Shown: positions 55,625 to 64,000 of the stretch, piece by piece
Numbering within the stretch: position 1 is the first letter of the stretch
Layout: each line of letters opens with the position of its first letter
From: a virus
Direction: 5' to 3' (one strand)
Virus record (IMG/VR): IMGVR_UViG_3300017752_000004
Coordinates: 1-64,000 of that record
DNA length: 64,000 nucleotides
Translations under genes and position numbers: made by a program
Notes under the pieces: model-generated
What the model was told of the DNA's origin: nothing
The model's input: the letters and a program-made list of their open reading frames with translations, nothing else
The model's database searches: none

Positions 55625-56716
55625 CTAGACAGTCACACCAACAAGAGCGCGGTTGTCAAGAACAACGCGACCTTCTTCAAGACCACCAAAGTAGCCGATC
55701 TTGTTTTGGCGGATGCTGTACTGATCGTCAGCGATAAGGCTGAGCTCTCCACCGTTTTCGCTGTCAACAGCTACAGGGCGGATAAGAGACTCACGGCTAC
55801 GGTCGATACCAACAACGATTTGATCTGAGGCAGGAGTGAAACCACCACCAGCGGCTGCGCCGTAGATAGCGTTAAACTTCTGTCCGTCACCAAACTCATT
55901 AAGCTCAATAACATTGATGCCATAGAACTCAGGAGCGCCAGCAGCACGGAATGCTTGTTCAGCAATAACGTCAGCAGTTTGTACGCTGTCTTGTGTAGAG
56001 ACACCAGGAGCAGCTTTAGTGTTAATAGGATTGTAAGCGATTGCACGAAGCTCTTCAACGATTTCAGGAGAAACGATGATGTCAGTCATGCCACGGCCTT
56101 GACGAGCGTCAGCAGTACCACCTACAAAAGAAGTAACAATTCTCTTAGAGCGGGTCATAAGAGCATTGAGGTCAGCCAATGTGAAACGATTTGCTGTCTG
56201 AGCTGCGATAACGTGATTATAGCCATTTGTACTCGCATTAGCAAGAGCTTTCATAACTACGTTAGCGGAGATAGTGTTCTGCTTAAGAAGGATTTCTTGA
56301 GCAACGCGAGTCATTGTCTTAGCGACAACATCCATGCGGCTCTTAGCAGCATAGCGGCGATCAAAGCTTACTGCAGAGTCAAGGCTATAAGTAGCGATCT
56401 TAAGTTCGGCAGATGTTGGAAGAACTTCCGAAGTAGGAAGGCCACCAGCACGGCTTTGGCTGAATACTTGAACATAATCTTCATCAGAAACGTCGAAGTA
56501 CAGATCCAACGGAATCGAAGGATTGTCATCAGCGTTGTACTGAAGAGTAGTGAAGAGGTTAGACAGTGCTGGAGCATTGTTGATAACTTCTGAGAGAACA
56601 GGGCCGATAAATTCAGCAAGAGCGGTTTGTGCTTCATAAGCAACATCGCGGTTGCGAGAAGCCATTGCCTTTACCAGTTCGACTTGTTCGGGAGTGTTTT
56701 TTAAAGTGATTTTCAT
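55625..56716 (-). CDS. Major capsid protein
   Basis: 363 aa, strongest codon bias, synteny portal-protease/scaffold-decoration-MCP-terminator; start MKITLK. Confidence 0.85.
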   Translation of the reverse strand: MKITLKNTPEQVELVKAMASRNRDVAYEAQTALAEFIGPVLSEVINNAPALSNLFTTLQYNADDNPSIPLDLYFDVSDEDYVQVFSQSRAGGLPTSEVLPTSAELKIATYSLDSAVSFDRRYAAKSRMDVVAKTMTRVAQEILLKQNTISANVVMKALANASTNGYNHVIAAQTANRFTLADLNALMTRSKRIVTSFVGGTADARQGRGMTDIIVSPEIVEELRAIAYNPINTKAAPGVSTQDSVQTADVIAEQAFRAAGAPEFYGINVIELNEFGDGQKFNAIYGAAAGGGFTPASDQIVVGIDRSRESLIRPVAVDSENGGELSLIADDQYSIRQNKIGYFGGLEEGRVVLDNRALVGVTV

Positions 56717-56735
56717 ATTATTAAATTCCTTTGAA

Positions 56736-57356
56736 TTAACCAAGCTTAACGACTACATAGTCACCAGCAAATTGATCAGTGAGTCCGCCTTGAGAGACGC
56801 GTGAGCCAGTTCCAAGAATGACACCTAGAGAGCTAGCAGCATTTGCAGCGACTGGACCAATTGTTCCAGCGCCAGCAATTTCAAATCCAGCGCCGACTGT
56901 GAATCCAGCGGCAGCGCCTGCTTGAAGAGCGTTTTTGCTCAGAGTGAAAATACCTTTAGTTACAACAGGAACGCTTTGACCAGGAAGAATAGCTTGAAGC
57001 TCCTCTTTTTTTGTTGCGTTATAAAGGAGTTTCTCTCCATTTTCATCAGCCTTGGCAGTTTGATTCAAAGTGAGTCCTAGAGGAGCATCACCAGAAGCGC
57101 ATACATTGACTTCGAGAGGGTTAGTTGGGTACATATCGCCGCCAACGAAAGGGTAATCTGTTTTACCAAGATAAGAGTCACTACCATAAGTAATGGTCTC
57201 TTGATTAAGATTGCCGTTTGTTACTTTAACGAAAACGCCATTGGAACCTGCGCCGTCACCAGTGGTGGACTCAAGAACCGAAGCGGAGTTAAGAGCAAAC
57301 ATATTTACTACGTCATGCTCGTTATATTGTCTGAATGGGAGTAATCTTAATGCCAT
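56736..57356 (-). CDS. Capsid decoration/cement protein
   Basis: Gly/Ala-rich beta protein between scaffold and MCP; G.FVKV, PLG.TL, GQSVPVVTKG. Confidence 0.7.
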   Translation of the reverse strand: MALRLLPFRQYNEHDVVNMFALNSASVLESTTGDGAGSNGVFVKVTNGNLNQETITYGSDSYLGKTDYPFVGGDMYPTNPLEVNVCASGDAPLGLTLNQTAKADENGEKLLYNATKKEELQAILPGQSVPVVTKGIFTLSKNALQAGAAAGFTVGAGFEIAGAGTIGPVAANAASSLGVILGTGSRVSQGGLTDQFAGDYVVVKLG

Positions 57357-57379
57357 AATTTTTTTTTATTTAAATGTTT

Positions 57380-58930
57380 TTATCCAAGGACGTTTTCGCG
57401 GCTAAACGCAGCAGCGAATTTTTCCTTCAAAGTTGTTTTTGAAGCCTGAGCTTCGTTATTGTTGGGTAGAGTAGCGTCGGTAGCTTTTGCATTTTCAAGA
57501 GCTTGCTCAACATCCACTTTCTCAGCAGTAGTTTCTGCAGCAACCTCAGAGGCTTTTGCTGTGCTGAGGCGCTTTTCAATTTCTGCGTCAACGCGAGCTT
57601 TGATCTCTTGTTCAATTTCAGCTTTAGCTTCTTTGTTTTTAGATGACCAGAAAACAGCCAGCTCACTTTTAAAGGAGGCAAAGGATTCTTCAGTTTCGTC
57701 TAGGCCCTTGATTTTTTCAGCGATAAAAGAACTGTCGCTTTCTTCGATGTCGTAAATAGAATCTACTTCTTCCATGCGTGCATTAAAACGAGCGATAGCT
57801 TCTTCAGCTTTCTTCTCTGTTTCAAAACAGCCAATGCGCTCTTGAGCTACCTTGAGTTCCTCTTTGATAGATTCTACAGATTTTTCAAGCTTTTCTCTCG
57901 CGGATGCGATTTCAGTCTTTTCTTTTTCTGCAGCCTCAAGAGAAGCTTGGTACTCACTATCTTTTTGTTTAATGGCTTCGGCAAAAGTCGAAGTCATGCC
58001 AGCGACCGCTTCTTCGGAGAATTTCTTTTCCGCGAGAGAGTCCTTCAATTCTGATAAGAGTGTTTCTAAGTCCATGATTTTAGTGTTATTTACAGTATTT
58101 TTTAAATTTTGTGAAATTTCGGCGGATATTTTTTTTAAATGAGCCGCCTGGGTTTTGTTGGAGTTGCCAACAAGTTGATCTTTATCTTGTTTAATGCCTT
58201 CTTCTTTGTACTCGTTGCTGATAACGCCTTTGACATTGGCCGCAGGTTTCATAGTAAAACCAATACCAAGGGGATATACTTTTCCAGTAATTAATCGGTA
58301 AACTGGGCGACCGTCCTCGGTCACTCCTTTACCCCCAAAGCTCTTAAGAACACCCTTCATTTCTTTCACTTTTTCGGGATCAGAAATAATCTCGGCATCC
58401 TTTAAATTCTTACTGCCAATAGCAATGCTGTACTCACTAAACCCTATTTCCCAACTTGCAGAGATTGTGTTATGCATTTTGTTTTTTGGGTTGGTGCTAT
58501 TTTCAAGCATTGTAGCAAAATCCTTATCAGCGGTTTTATAAACAACAGCGCCAAGAGCAATATTGAATGCATCTTTTTGGTTTTCATCTAAATTGATCAA
58601 AACAGTGCTGTCTGAATAGTCGCTAAACCCAGCGTTAACAATATGGCCCACAACTTTTTTCTTATTGTGCTCTATATTAGTTGGCTTATGAATGAATTGT
58701 TGCACTGATTCAATTGCGGTTTTAGTATCAATGCCATCTCCGTTTTTATTGAACTCGTTTACAACAGCAGCGTTAAATGCGACACCAATCAAGTCGATAT
58801 TTTTTTCTAGATCTACCCATGTCGGTATTAAAGATCTAAGATTTTCAATATTAGCTTCGCTTACGTTAACTCCTGCTATTTCTTCACAGGCTTTAACTTC
58901 AAATTCGAAAGTTGTGGTATACTTATGCAT
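57380..58930 (-). CDS. Prohead protease fused to a coiled-coil scaffold
   Basis: N.N.DG, F..KP.NIEH...VVGHI, ISASWE, GIGFT.KPA; C-terminal 231-aa Glu/Lys/Ala coiled coil. Confidence 0.8.
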   Translation of the reverse strand: MHKYTTTFEFEVKACEEIAGVNVSEANIENLRSLIPTWVDLEKNIDLIGVAFNAAVVNEFNKNGDGIDTKTAIESVQQFIHKPTNIEHNKKKVVGHIVNAGFSDYSDSTVLINLDENQKDAFNIALGAVVYKTADKDFATMLENSTNPKNKMHNTISASWEIGFSEYSIAIGSKNLKDAEIISDPEKVKEMKGVLKSFGGKGVTEDGRPVYRLITGKVYPLGIGFTMKPAANVKGVISNEYKEEGIKQDKDQLVGNSNKTQAAHLKKISAEISQNLKNTVNNTKIMDLETLLSELKDSLAEKKFSEEAVAGMTSTFAEAIKQKDSEYQASLEAAEKEKTEIASAREKLEKSVESIKEELKVAQERIGCFETEKKAEEAIARFNARMEEVDSIYDIEESDSSFIAEKIKGLDETEESFASFKSELAVFWSSKNKEAKAEIEQEIKARVDAEIEKRLSTAKASEVAAETTAEKVDVEQALENAKATDATLPNNNEAQASKTTLKEKFAAAFSRENVLG

Positions 58931-59243
58931 CCTTTTTCATTTTTTCAAGGATTGTTTTTTGCAAAGCTGCGGGGAGTTTTTTTTGTTTTTCTGTCAATCC
59001 GCCCTCACCGACTTCGTTCATCATAGCCCTCATTTTGTCATACTGCATCCCACAACTTTTTGCAGTGGCTCCTTCATCCATGCCTGAAGTGTCAATCAGA
59101 GCTTTGTCGTCCATAGAACAAACACTCATATATGATTTGTACACAGATTCCTCTGTTTCGCTGTATTTTTTAGCAATCGAGATTTCTAAATCTCCGTTAG
59201 AGCGATTTATATTCGCCACGAGTGGGGTTTTAATTTCTTTCAT
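58923..59243 (-). CDS. Hypothetical head-module protein
   Basis: Coupled between portal and protease; LTEKQKKLP.ALQK.IL motif. Confidence 0.6.
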   Translation of the reverse strand: MKEIKTPLVANINRSNGDLEISIAKKYSETEESVYKSYMSVCSMDDKALIDTSGMDEGATAKSCGMQYDKMRAMMNEVGEGGLTEKQKKLPAALQKTILEKMKKDA

Positions 59244-61192
59244 TTTGAATGGTGTAAAATTGCTGAAGGGTAAATCTCTAATCTGTGCGCTTCTGAAATA
59301 CTAAGTACGCCTTCCAGTGAGCCTAGTTTTTCGATTTCACTAAAATCATTTACACAAGAAGCAACGGTTTCTGTCCAATTTTCTTTTTCCGATGCGCAAA
59401 TAACAGATTCGCATAATTGGCTTATCATTTTTTCTTGGTTTTCGTTAAGAGATTCTATGTTTAGTTTTTCTAGCATTTTTTCTTTAGCTATAGAGTTCAA
59501 TGCTTCTATTTCATAAATAGTGCCTTGTATATTTTCCCTAGAAAACTGATCTTTTGAACCTTCTGGGCGACCCGACATACCTTTTGTTGGGTTGCTGTTT
59601 TTTGCTGACTCCTCTTCATCAGTTTCTGGATCAATCATAGGAACTCCGCCAACTATTGGGTTGAAATAACCCTTTTCTCTTTGTTCTACAAATTTTTGTT
59701 GAGCTTTTTCTAGATTTTCCGCTAATGGAAATTTACCAGTTTGAAAGAGTTCCATTCCTTGTTCTGCGGTAATAAGACCAAGCTCCATAAGCCTTGTGGC
59801 GACTCTCATTAATTGAGTTTCGTCACGCAAATCTATATCTTTAAACTTGACAGTTGGGTAGGATCTAAAACCCAAGTCTAAAGCAATTCTACGAATTTCT
59901 GGCTGCAAAAAGTCTTGGATAAATGCCTCACGAGCTTCCTTGAGTCTGTCCAGAAATACACGAGTTTTCATTTCAGCGCCATTGTACTTATCGTCATTCA
60001 GCGCTATATTTTGTAAGCCATCTTTGATGTCTTGATTGATAACTTCGTACTTGCCAGGACCAACCACCTTATTAATATCTGGAATAACAAAATCTGCTTT
60101 TGTTGTGTAGTCGGAAACTAAAACGCGGCCAACAGATTCGTTTTGAAAAAGAGTCTGCATGGCCTTCACGTTATTGGGATTAATGCCTCCTTTATCTGGC
60201 TCCGCACCCATTGTGATCATAAGGATTACGTTTTCAACCGTCCTCATGATAGCTTGGTCCATCTTCTTCATTTCCATCTTTGCGTTTATGTCTTCAAGAA
60301 CTGGATAACCGAACGGGATAGCAAATGGTTCGTAATCTTGTTTCTTGTAAAAACTATAAGACATTTTTTCGCTTTTTAAATTTATCTGAAGCCCGTCTTT
60401 AAAATAAGCGCCGCCCTTAATTTGCTCTTTGACTTCTGGGTCTAAGGCGTCAAAAACAGCCTTGTCATAATCGTTTTTAGGACTAGCTAATCTTTCTATA
60501 TCGAACTCAGAGAGGATTTTTGCGTAACCTCCATCTTTTGTGTTGAATACGGTGCTGCGCTTGGCTACTATTTCGAAAGGATTCAAAACAACATATTTTA
60601 ATGGGAACTTATTTAAAGAAGGCCCATCTGACATGGTTTGAGAAAACTTTTTATAATCTTCTATATTGAATTTGCCGTCCACTCTATATAGGAAAATATT
60701 TCCACTTCTATAATACTCTCTAAAGTACTGATCTTTAAGATCCCAAATTTTAATCCGATCAAGAAGCTTTTCGAAAAATTTTCTAGAAGTTGAGTTGCCT
60801 CCTTCTAAATAGAGTTCTGCGTTCGCGAACTCAGACATCATATCAATAGTATTTCTAAAGATAGGCACATTAGCATAAGCCTTTTGGCAGAGTTCAATAG
60901 CGTCCCTAACATTAGCTCCATCAGAAGCCATTTCGTAGGGGAGCATCCCAGCTCTTATTTGACTAAACTTGTTCATGGGAGCCGTAACAGAAGACCTGTT
61001 TATTCTTGCGCTTGTAGTGGACGATGAGAGATTACTCACAGAGCCAGATCGATTGTACGACCCCTGAGAAACATGGTATGCCTCGCCCATTGTAGCAGGC
61101 TCGACCACTTCTTGAAAATTTGGAGCCTCTGGGGCAACCCTTTTAAAGTTGTTCCAATAATCGGATTTTTTTGTGTATTTTCTTTTGGGCAT
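59240..61192 (-). CDS. Portal protein
   Basis: Y.NVPIFRNTID.MSEF, FREYYRSGN.F, QDYEPFAIP..YPVL.DI; directly after terminase. Confidence 0.85.
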   Translation of the reverse strand: MPKRKYTKKSDYWNNFKRVAPEAPNFQEVVEPATMGEAYHVSQGSYNRSGSVSNLSSSTTSARINRSSVTAPMNKFSQIRAGMLPYEMASDGANVRDAIELCQKAYANVPIFRNTIDMMSEFANAELYLEGGNSTSRKFFEKLLDRIKIWDLKDQYFREYYRSGNIFLYRVDGKFNIEDYKKFSQTMSDGPSLNKFPLKYVVLNPFEIVAKRSTVFNTKDGGYAKILSEFDIERLASPKNDYDKAVFDALDPEVKEQIKGGAYFKDGLQINLKSEKMSYSFYKKQDYEPFAIPFGYPVLEDINAKMEMKKMDQAIMRTVENVILMITMGAEPDKGGINPNNVKAMQTLFQNESVGRVLVSDYTTKADFVIPDINKVVGPGKYEVINQDIKDGLQNIALNDDKYNGAEMKTRVFLDRLKEAREAFIQDFLQPEIRRIALDLGFRSYPTVKFKDIDLRDETQLMRVATRLMELGLITAEQGMELFQTGKFPLAENLEKAQQKFVEQREKGYFNPIVGGVPMIDPETDEEESAKNSNPTKGMSGRPEGSKDQFSRENIQGTIYEIEALNSIAKEKMLEKLNIESLNENQEKMISQLCESVICASEKENWTETVASCVNDFSEIEKLGSLEGVLSISEAHRLEIYPSAILHHSK

Positions 61193-61244
61193 GATGTATT
61201 ATAAGTTACTTTACACAATTTAAAAGTCACTTTTTTAACTTTTT

Positions 61245-64000
61245 TTAAATAAACATAGGAGTGAAGCCGTAATTGGTTTCCTCTGGCGTGTCCATCATGT
61301 CGTAATATATGTTCATTCCCCAGTTGCCTAATACTAGAGCTGAATAAGAATCCTTTCTTGGTCTATCCACCCCCTTCTGTCTTTTTAAGTTGCTTGGTAA
61401 ATCAAAACTTTGAGTACCGCCATTAGAACTAGAAACTTGAATCAAAGCACATTCAGCCTTCGTTAAGTCGATCATGTCTTTCTGGTGTTCGATAAATTCA
61501 ATCATTTTTGCGCCAGCATTCTTTTCATCTTCGTATTTAGAGAATTTTAAATCTTTTATTGGTATTTTTTTAGCTCTCTGCATCGAATAATTGTCATCCA
61601 TAGCTGTGGCTGCAAAATAAAGTTTTTTCCTATCGAAAGCGGTCTGCAACATTTCGTTACCATTTCTAATCCAAACAGAAGTTGGTTTTCTTAAGTAACA
61701 AATAGTTTTATTTGATACATTATAACCTCTCCTCGCCTCTTTTAGATCTTTTACATAATCATGCGGGTTATCTAAACCAGCATCAAACATACCTATTTCT
61801 AGTTTATCTTTCTTAAATAAATCGCTTTCGTTACAAGAATTCATAAATTGTACGCCGCCGTTATAGTCACCCACAATCATAATTACATTAAAATGATCAA
61901 TAATGTATTTAAAGTAAGTCATATGCTTTTTTAAGTTCGTTCCAGGAAGAGCGTAGCTATGTACTACAACGCCTTTTTTCGTTTCTGGTATTAGCTTAAT
62001 AACCTGCATAGCAAAATCATCAGAAGCTTCAGATTCGGACCATGATGGGTCAAACGCTAGTATGTATTCGGAACCCTCTTCTCCCGCTACCTCAACTGCT
62101 GGAGATTCACCATCTTCGATAGTGCATTCAGACATCTTACTTATCTTGAAATAACCAGCGCTGTCATCTGTAAATTGAGCATTAAACTCTCGATCAATTT
62201 GAGACTGACTCATAGTTCCCCTTGCTTGGGTGATAAGATTTTCATCATACAAAGCCTTTGGAGCGCAATCATAGCTAAACTGCATAATACATCTTCTGCC
62301 TTGGTTTTTAGCACCAGGATTAAAGATCATATTTTCATAAGCCTGATACATTTTATATAAATATTCAAACTTGTAAGATGCTGACGAAAGCCCTATCATT
62401 TTATTAGAAGGCCATTCTGTGCGTTCCTCCTCTGTCATTTTGCCAGCAGCAATCATAGCATCTTCCGCATCGCTAATTTTTTGTCTTTCTTGTGGGTTTT
62501 CTACAACAGCCAAGAAAGGCATAATAACTTCGTTCAAAACTTTTTCTGGCATAAGCAAAAGCTCATCAACAATGATTCTTTGAAAACGGAAACCACGAAG
62601 TTTTTCGCCATCGCCAAGAGGTAGGGCTGTGATTCTGCTCTTGCCGATCTGCATCGACCACTCATCATTTGATTTGCTAACCTTACCTATACATTGTCTA
62701 AATAATTCTGCTTTTTTATCTAGAGATATATCTTCAATTTTACGGAAAATCATTTTTGATTGCCGAAAAGATTTAGAGATAATACCTATATGAACCCCTT
62801 GGTTTAGCATAGCGTCTAGCAAGGCAAAAATACCCGTAGAAAATGAATTATGATTAACGATTCCATCGCTAATGTAACAATGTTTATTTTCGACAGTGAT
62901 ATCTACCGTTACAGCTTTTGACTCTTCTATAGATTCCACTTTGGATAAAAACAAATTATCCTCCAAAACCCATTCCAAGTCTTTTTCTAGTAGTTCGCGG
63001 TCAATAGCTTGTTTGATTTTAAGCTTAGACATATTAGGCGTAAATACAACACCTTCTTTTGATTTAGCTTTATGTAATTTTGCTAAATAGCACCCTACAA
63101 GCGGCAAATACTCACAAGGCTCAAAGGTTTTATTGTCCAATAATTCTTTTAGCTTGGCTTGTTTTCTATTTATGTTGAATCCAATTCTTTCATAAAATGC
63201 TCGGACATCTAAAGAATTTGTTACTCTGACAGACCACGCTTTGCGACATTCATGTTCTCCTGTTTGAAATTTGGAAACACCACCCTTAAAACTAATTTTA
63301 TTAGTTCCAACAATACTGAATTGCAGAAGTAGATTGTGAACTTGGTTTGCTAATGTTTTACTCGTGCTTGTGAATCCAATCCTACCAGTAATTGAATTTT
63401 TCTTTTTATTTCTTGTTATAGAGGAATAACCATCAGTGTCAAACAGACCCTTAATTAACTCAGCCAAACATTCCTGAGAATTATCTAATAAAATTTCGGG
63501 TATAATTTTTTCATAAGCTAAAACTTTTTTAAATCCTAAATGAGTTAGTAAAAAATACAATTCCTTAGAATATAATCTAAAGTCTTTATTATTGCCTATT
63601 TTAGACAAATGAATATTTAGTCTTTCAGAAAACTTTGAAAGAAATGTTTTAGTTTCTTCGTCTATGGATGTTATATTAATGCCGTAAGGTTTTTCTAACA
63701 TACATCCATCTCCTATAAGCAATCCAAAAAAGTAGTACCACTCTTTTAAGCTAGGGCCATAAATATTGAGTTCTTTAGGCTTGTTGTTGTTTTTAACATC
63801 ATTTTGAAATTTAAACCCATCGAATATATTTTTTTGAATTTTATTAAGACCAAAGTCTTTTCTACACATCAAGTGCTCTCCTTCGGCGATATCCTTAGAG
63901 AATTTCCACACCTTTTCCAAGTCCTTTGTTAAAACCAAAACTCTGTGATAATCTAATCCCTCTGAAATAAACCCATGCTGAGTAGTTATTTTATATGTCT
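61245..64000 (-). CDS. terL: Terminase large subunit (5'-truncated) with intein
   Basis: SFRQSK.IF, ITALPLGDGEKLRGFR..IIVDE, LSSA, REF.A.F, AFDPS..E.SDDF, RKDSYSAL; frame open to the window end. Confidence 0.92.
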   Translation of the reverse strand, partial: TYKITTQHGFISEGLDYHRVLVLTKDLEKVWKFSKDIAEGEHLMCRKDFGLNKIQKNIFDGFKFQNDVKNNNKPKELNIYGPSLKEWYYFFGLLIGDGCMLEKPYGINITSIDEETKTFLSKFSERLNIHLSKIGNNKDFRLYSKELYFLLTHLGFKKVLAYEKIIPEILLDNSQECLAELIKGLFDTDGYSSITRNKKKNSITGRIGFTSTSKTLANQVHNLLLQFSIVGTNKISFKGGVSKFQTGEHECRKAWSVRVTNSLDVRAFYERIGFNINRKQAKLKELLDNKTFEPCEYLPLVGCYLAKLHKAKSKEGVVFTPNMSKLKIKQAIDRELLEKDLEWVLEDNLFLSKVESIEESKAVTVDITVENKHCYISDGIVNHNSFSTGIFALLDAMLNQGVHIGIISKSFRQSKMIFRKIEDISLDKKAELFRQCIGKVSKSNDEWSMQIGKSRITALPLGDGEKLRGFRFQRIIVDELLLMPEKVLNEVIMPFLAVVENPQERQKISDAEDAMIAAGKMTEEERTEWPSNKMIGLSSASYKFEYLYKMYQAYENMIFNPGAKNQGRRCIMQFSYDCAPKALYDENLITQARGTMSQSQIDREFNAQFTDDSAGYFKISKMSECTIEDGESPAVEVAGEEGSEYILAFDPSWSESEASDDFAMQVIKLIPETKKGVVVHSYALPGTNLKKHMTYFKYIIDHFNVIMIVGDYNGGVQFMNSCNESDLFKKDKLEIGMFDAGLDNPHDYVKDLKEARRGYNVSNKTICYLRKPTSVWIRNGNEMLQTAFDRKKLYFAATAMDDNYSMQRAKKIPIKDLKFSKYEDEKNAGAKMIEFIEHQKDMIDLTKAECALIQVSSSNGGTQSFDLPSNLKRQKGVDRPRKDSYSALVLGNWGMNIYYDMMDTPEETNYGFTPMFI
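62847..64000 (-). mobile_element. Intein with LAGLIDADG endonuclease in terL (N-terminus beyond the window)
   Basis: FFGLLIGDG and LIKGLFDTDG; block F TVDITVENKHCY; ends GIVNHN followed by Ser (S-F-S-T, as expected just after Walker A Lys). Confidence 0.92.

Noticed and set aside
1-64000. tRNA/rRNA genes, integrase, stop-codon reassignment
   Set aside because: No cloverleaf or recombinase motifs seen by eye (tRNAscan not run); genes are long and dense under the standard code.

Overview
A 64-kb, AT-rich, standard-code segment of a tailed dsDNA bacteriophage, most likely a siphovirus. A Verrucomicrobia/PVC-type host is suggested only weakly, by a DUF4032-like gene and the near-absence of Shine-Dalgarno sites. 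Left to right: lambda I/J-like tail-tip genes (+); a long minus-strand block with glycosyltransferases, a pseudokinase, a truncated Clp ATPase, a DnaE replisome split over PHP/exonuclease/polymerase genes, primase, DnaB, RecA, a GDP-perosamine cassette (intein-containing gmd, GT, GNAT, per, SemiSWEET), thyX and nrdAB; a divergent AT-rich control region at about 34.9-35.1 kb; a plus block (dNMP kinase, phage sigma factor, SSB, GT, sigma54-preceded Hsp20); then tail genes (tube paralogue, duplicated Dit plus about 29 LRRs, tape measure), neck and major tail genes, capsid, decoration, protease/scaffold, portal and an intein-containing terminase cut by the window end. Highlights: (i) a recurring GTGTAA/CTGTAA promoter motif placed for leaderless mRNAs, plus a phage sigma; (ii) a candidate virion-glycosylation system, with S/T-G enrichment in tail proteins; (iii) a tape measure with repeated AAGG(F/Y)IPNFA linkers bracketing a nuclease-like cargo; (iv) a mosaic LRR solenoid on a duplicated Dit; (v) an intein in Gmd. 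All calls come from reading the sequence and recognising motifs; no database searches were run.
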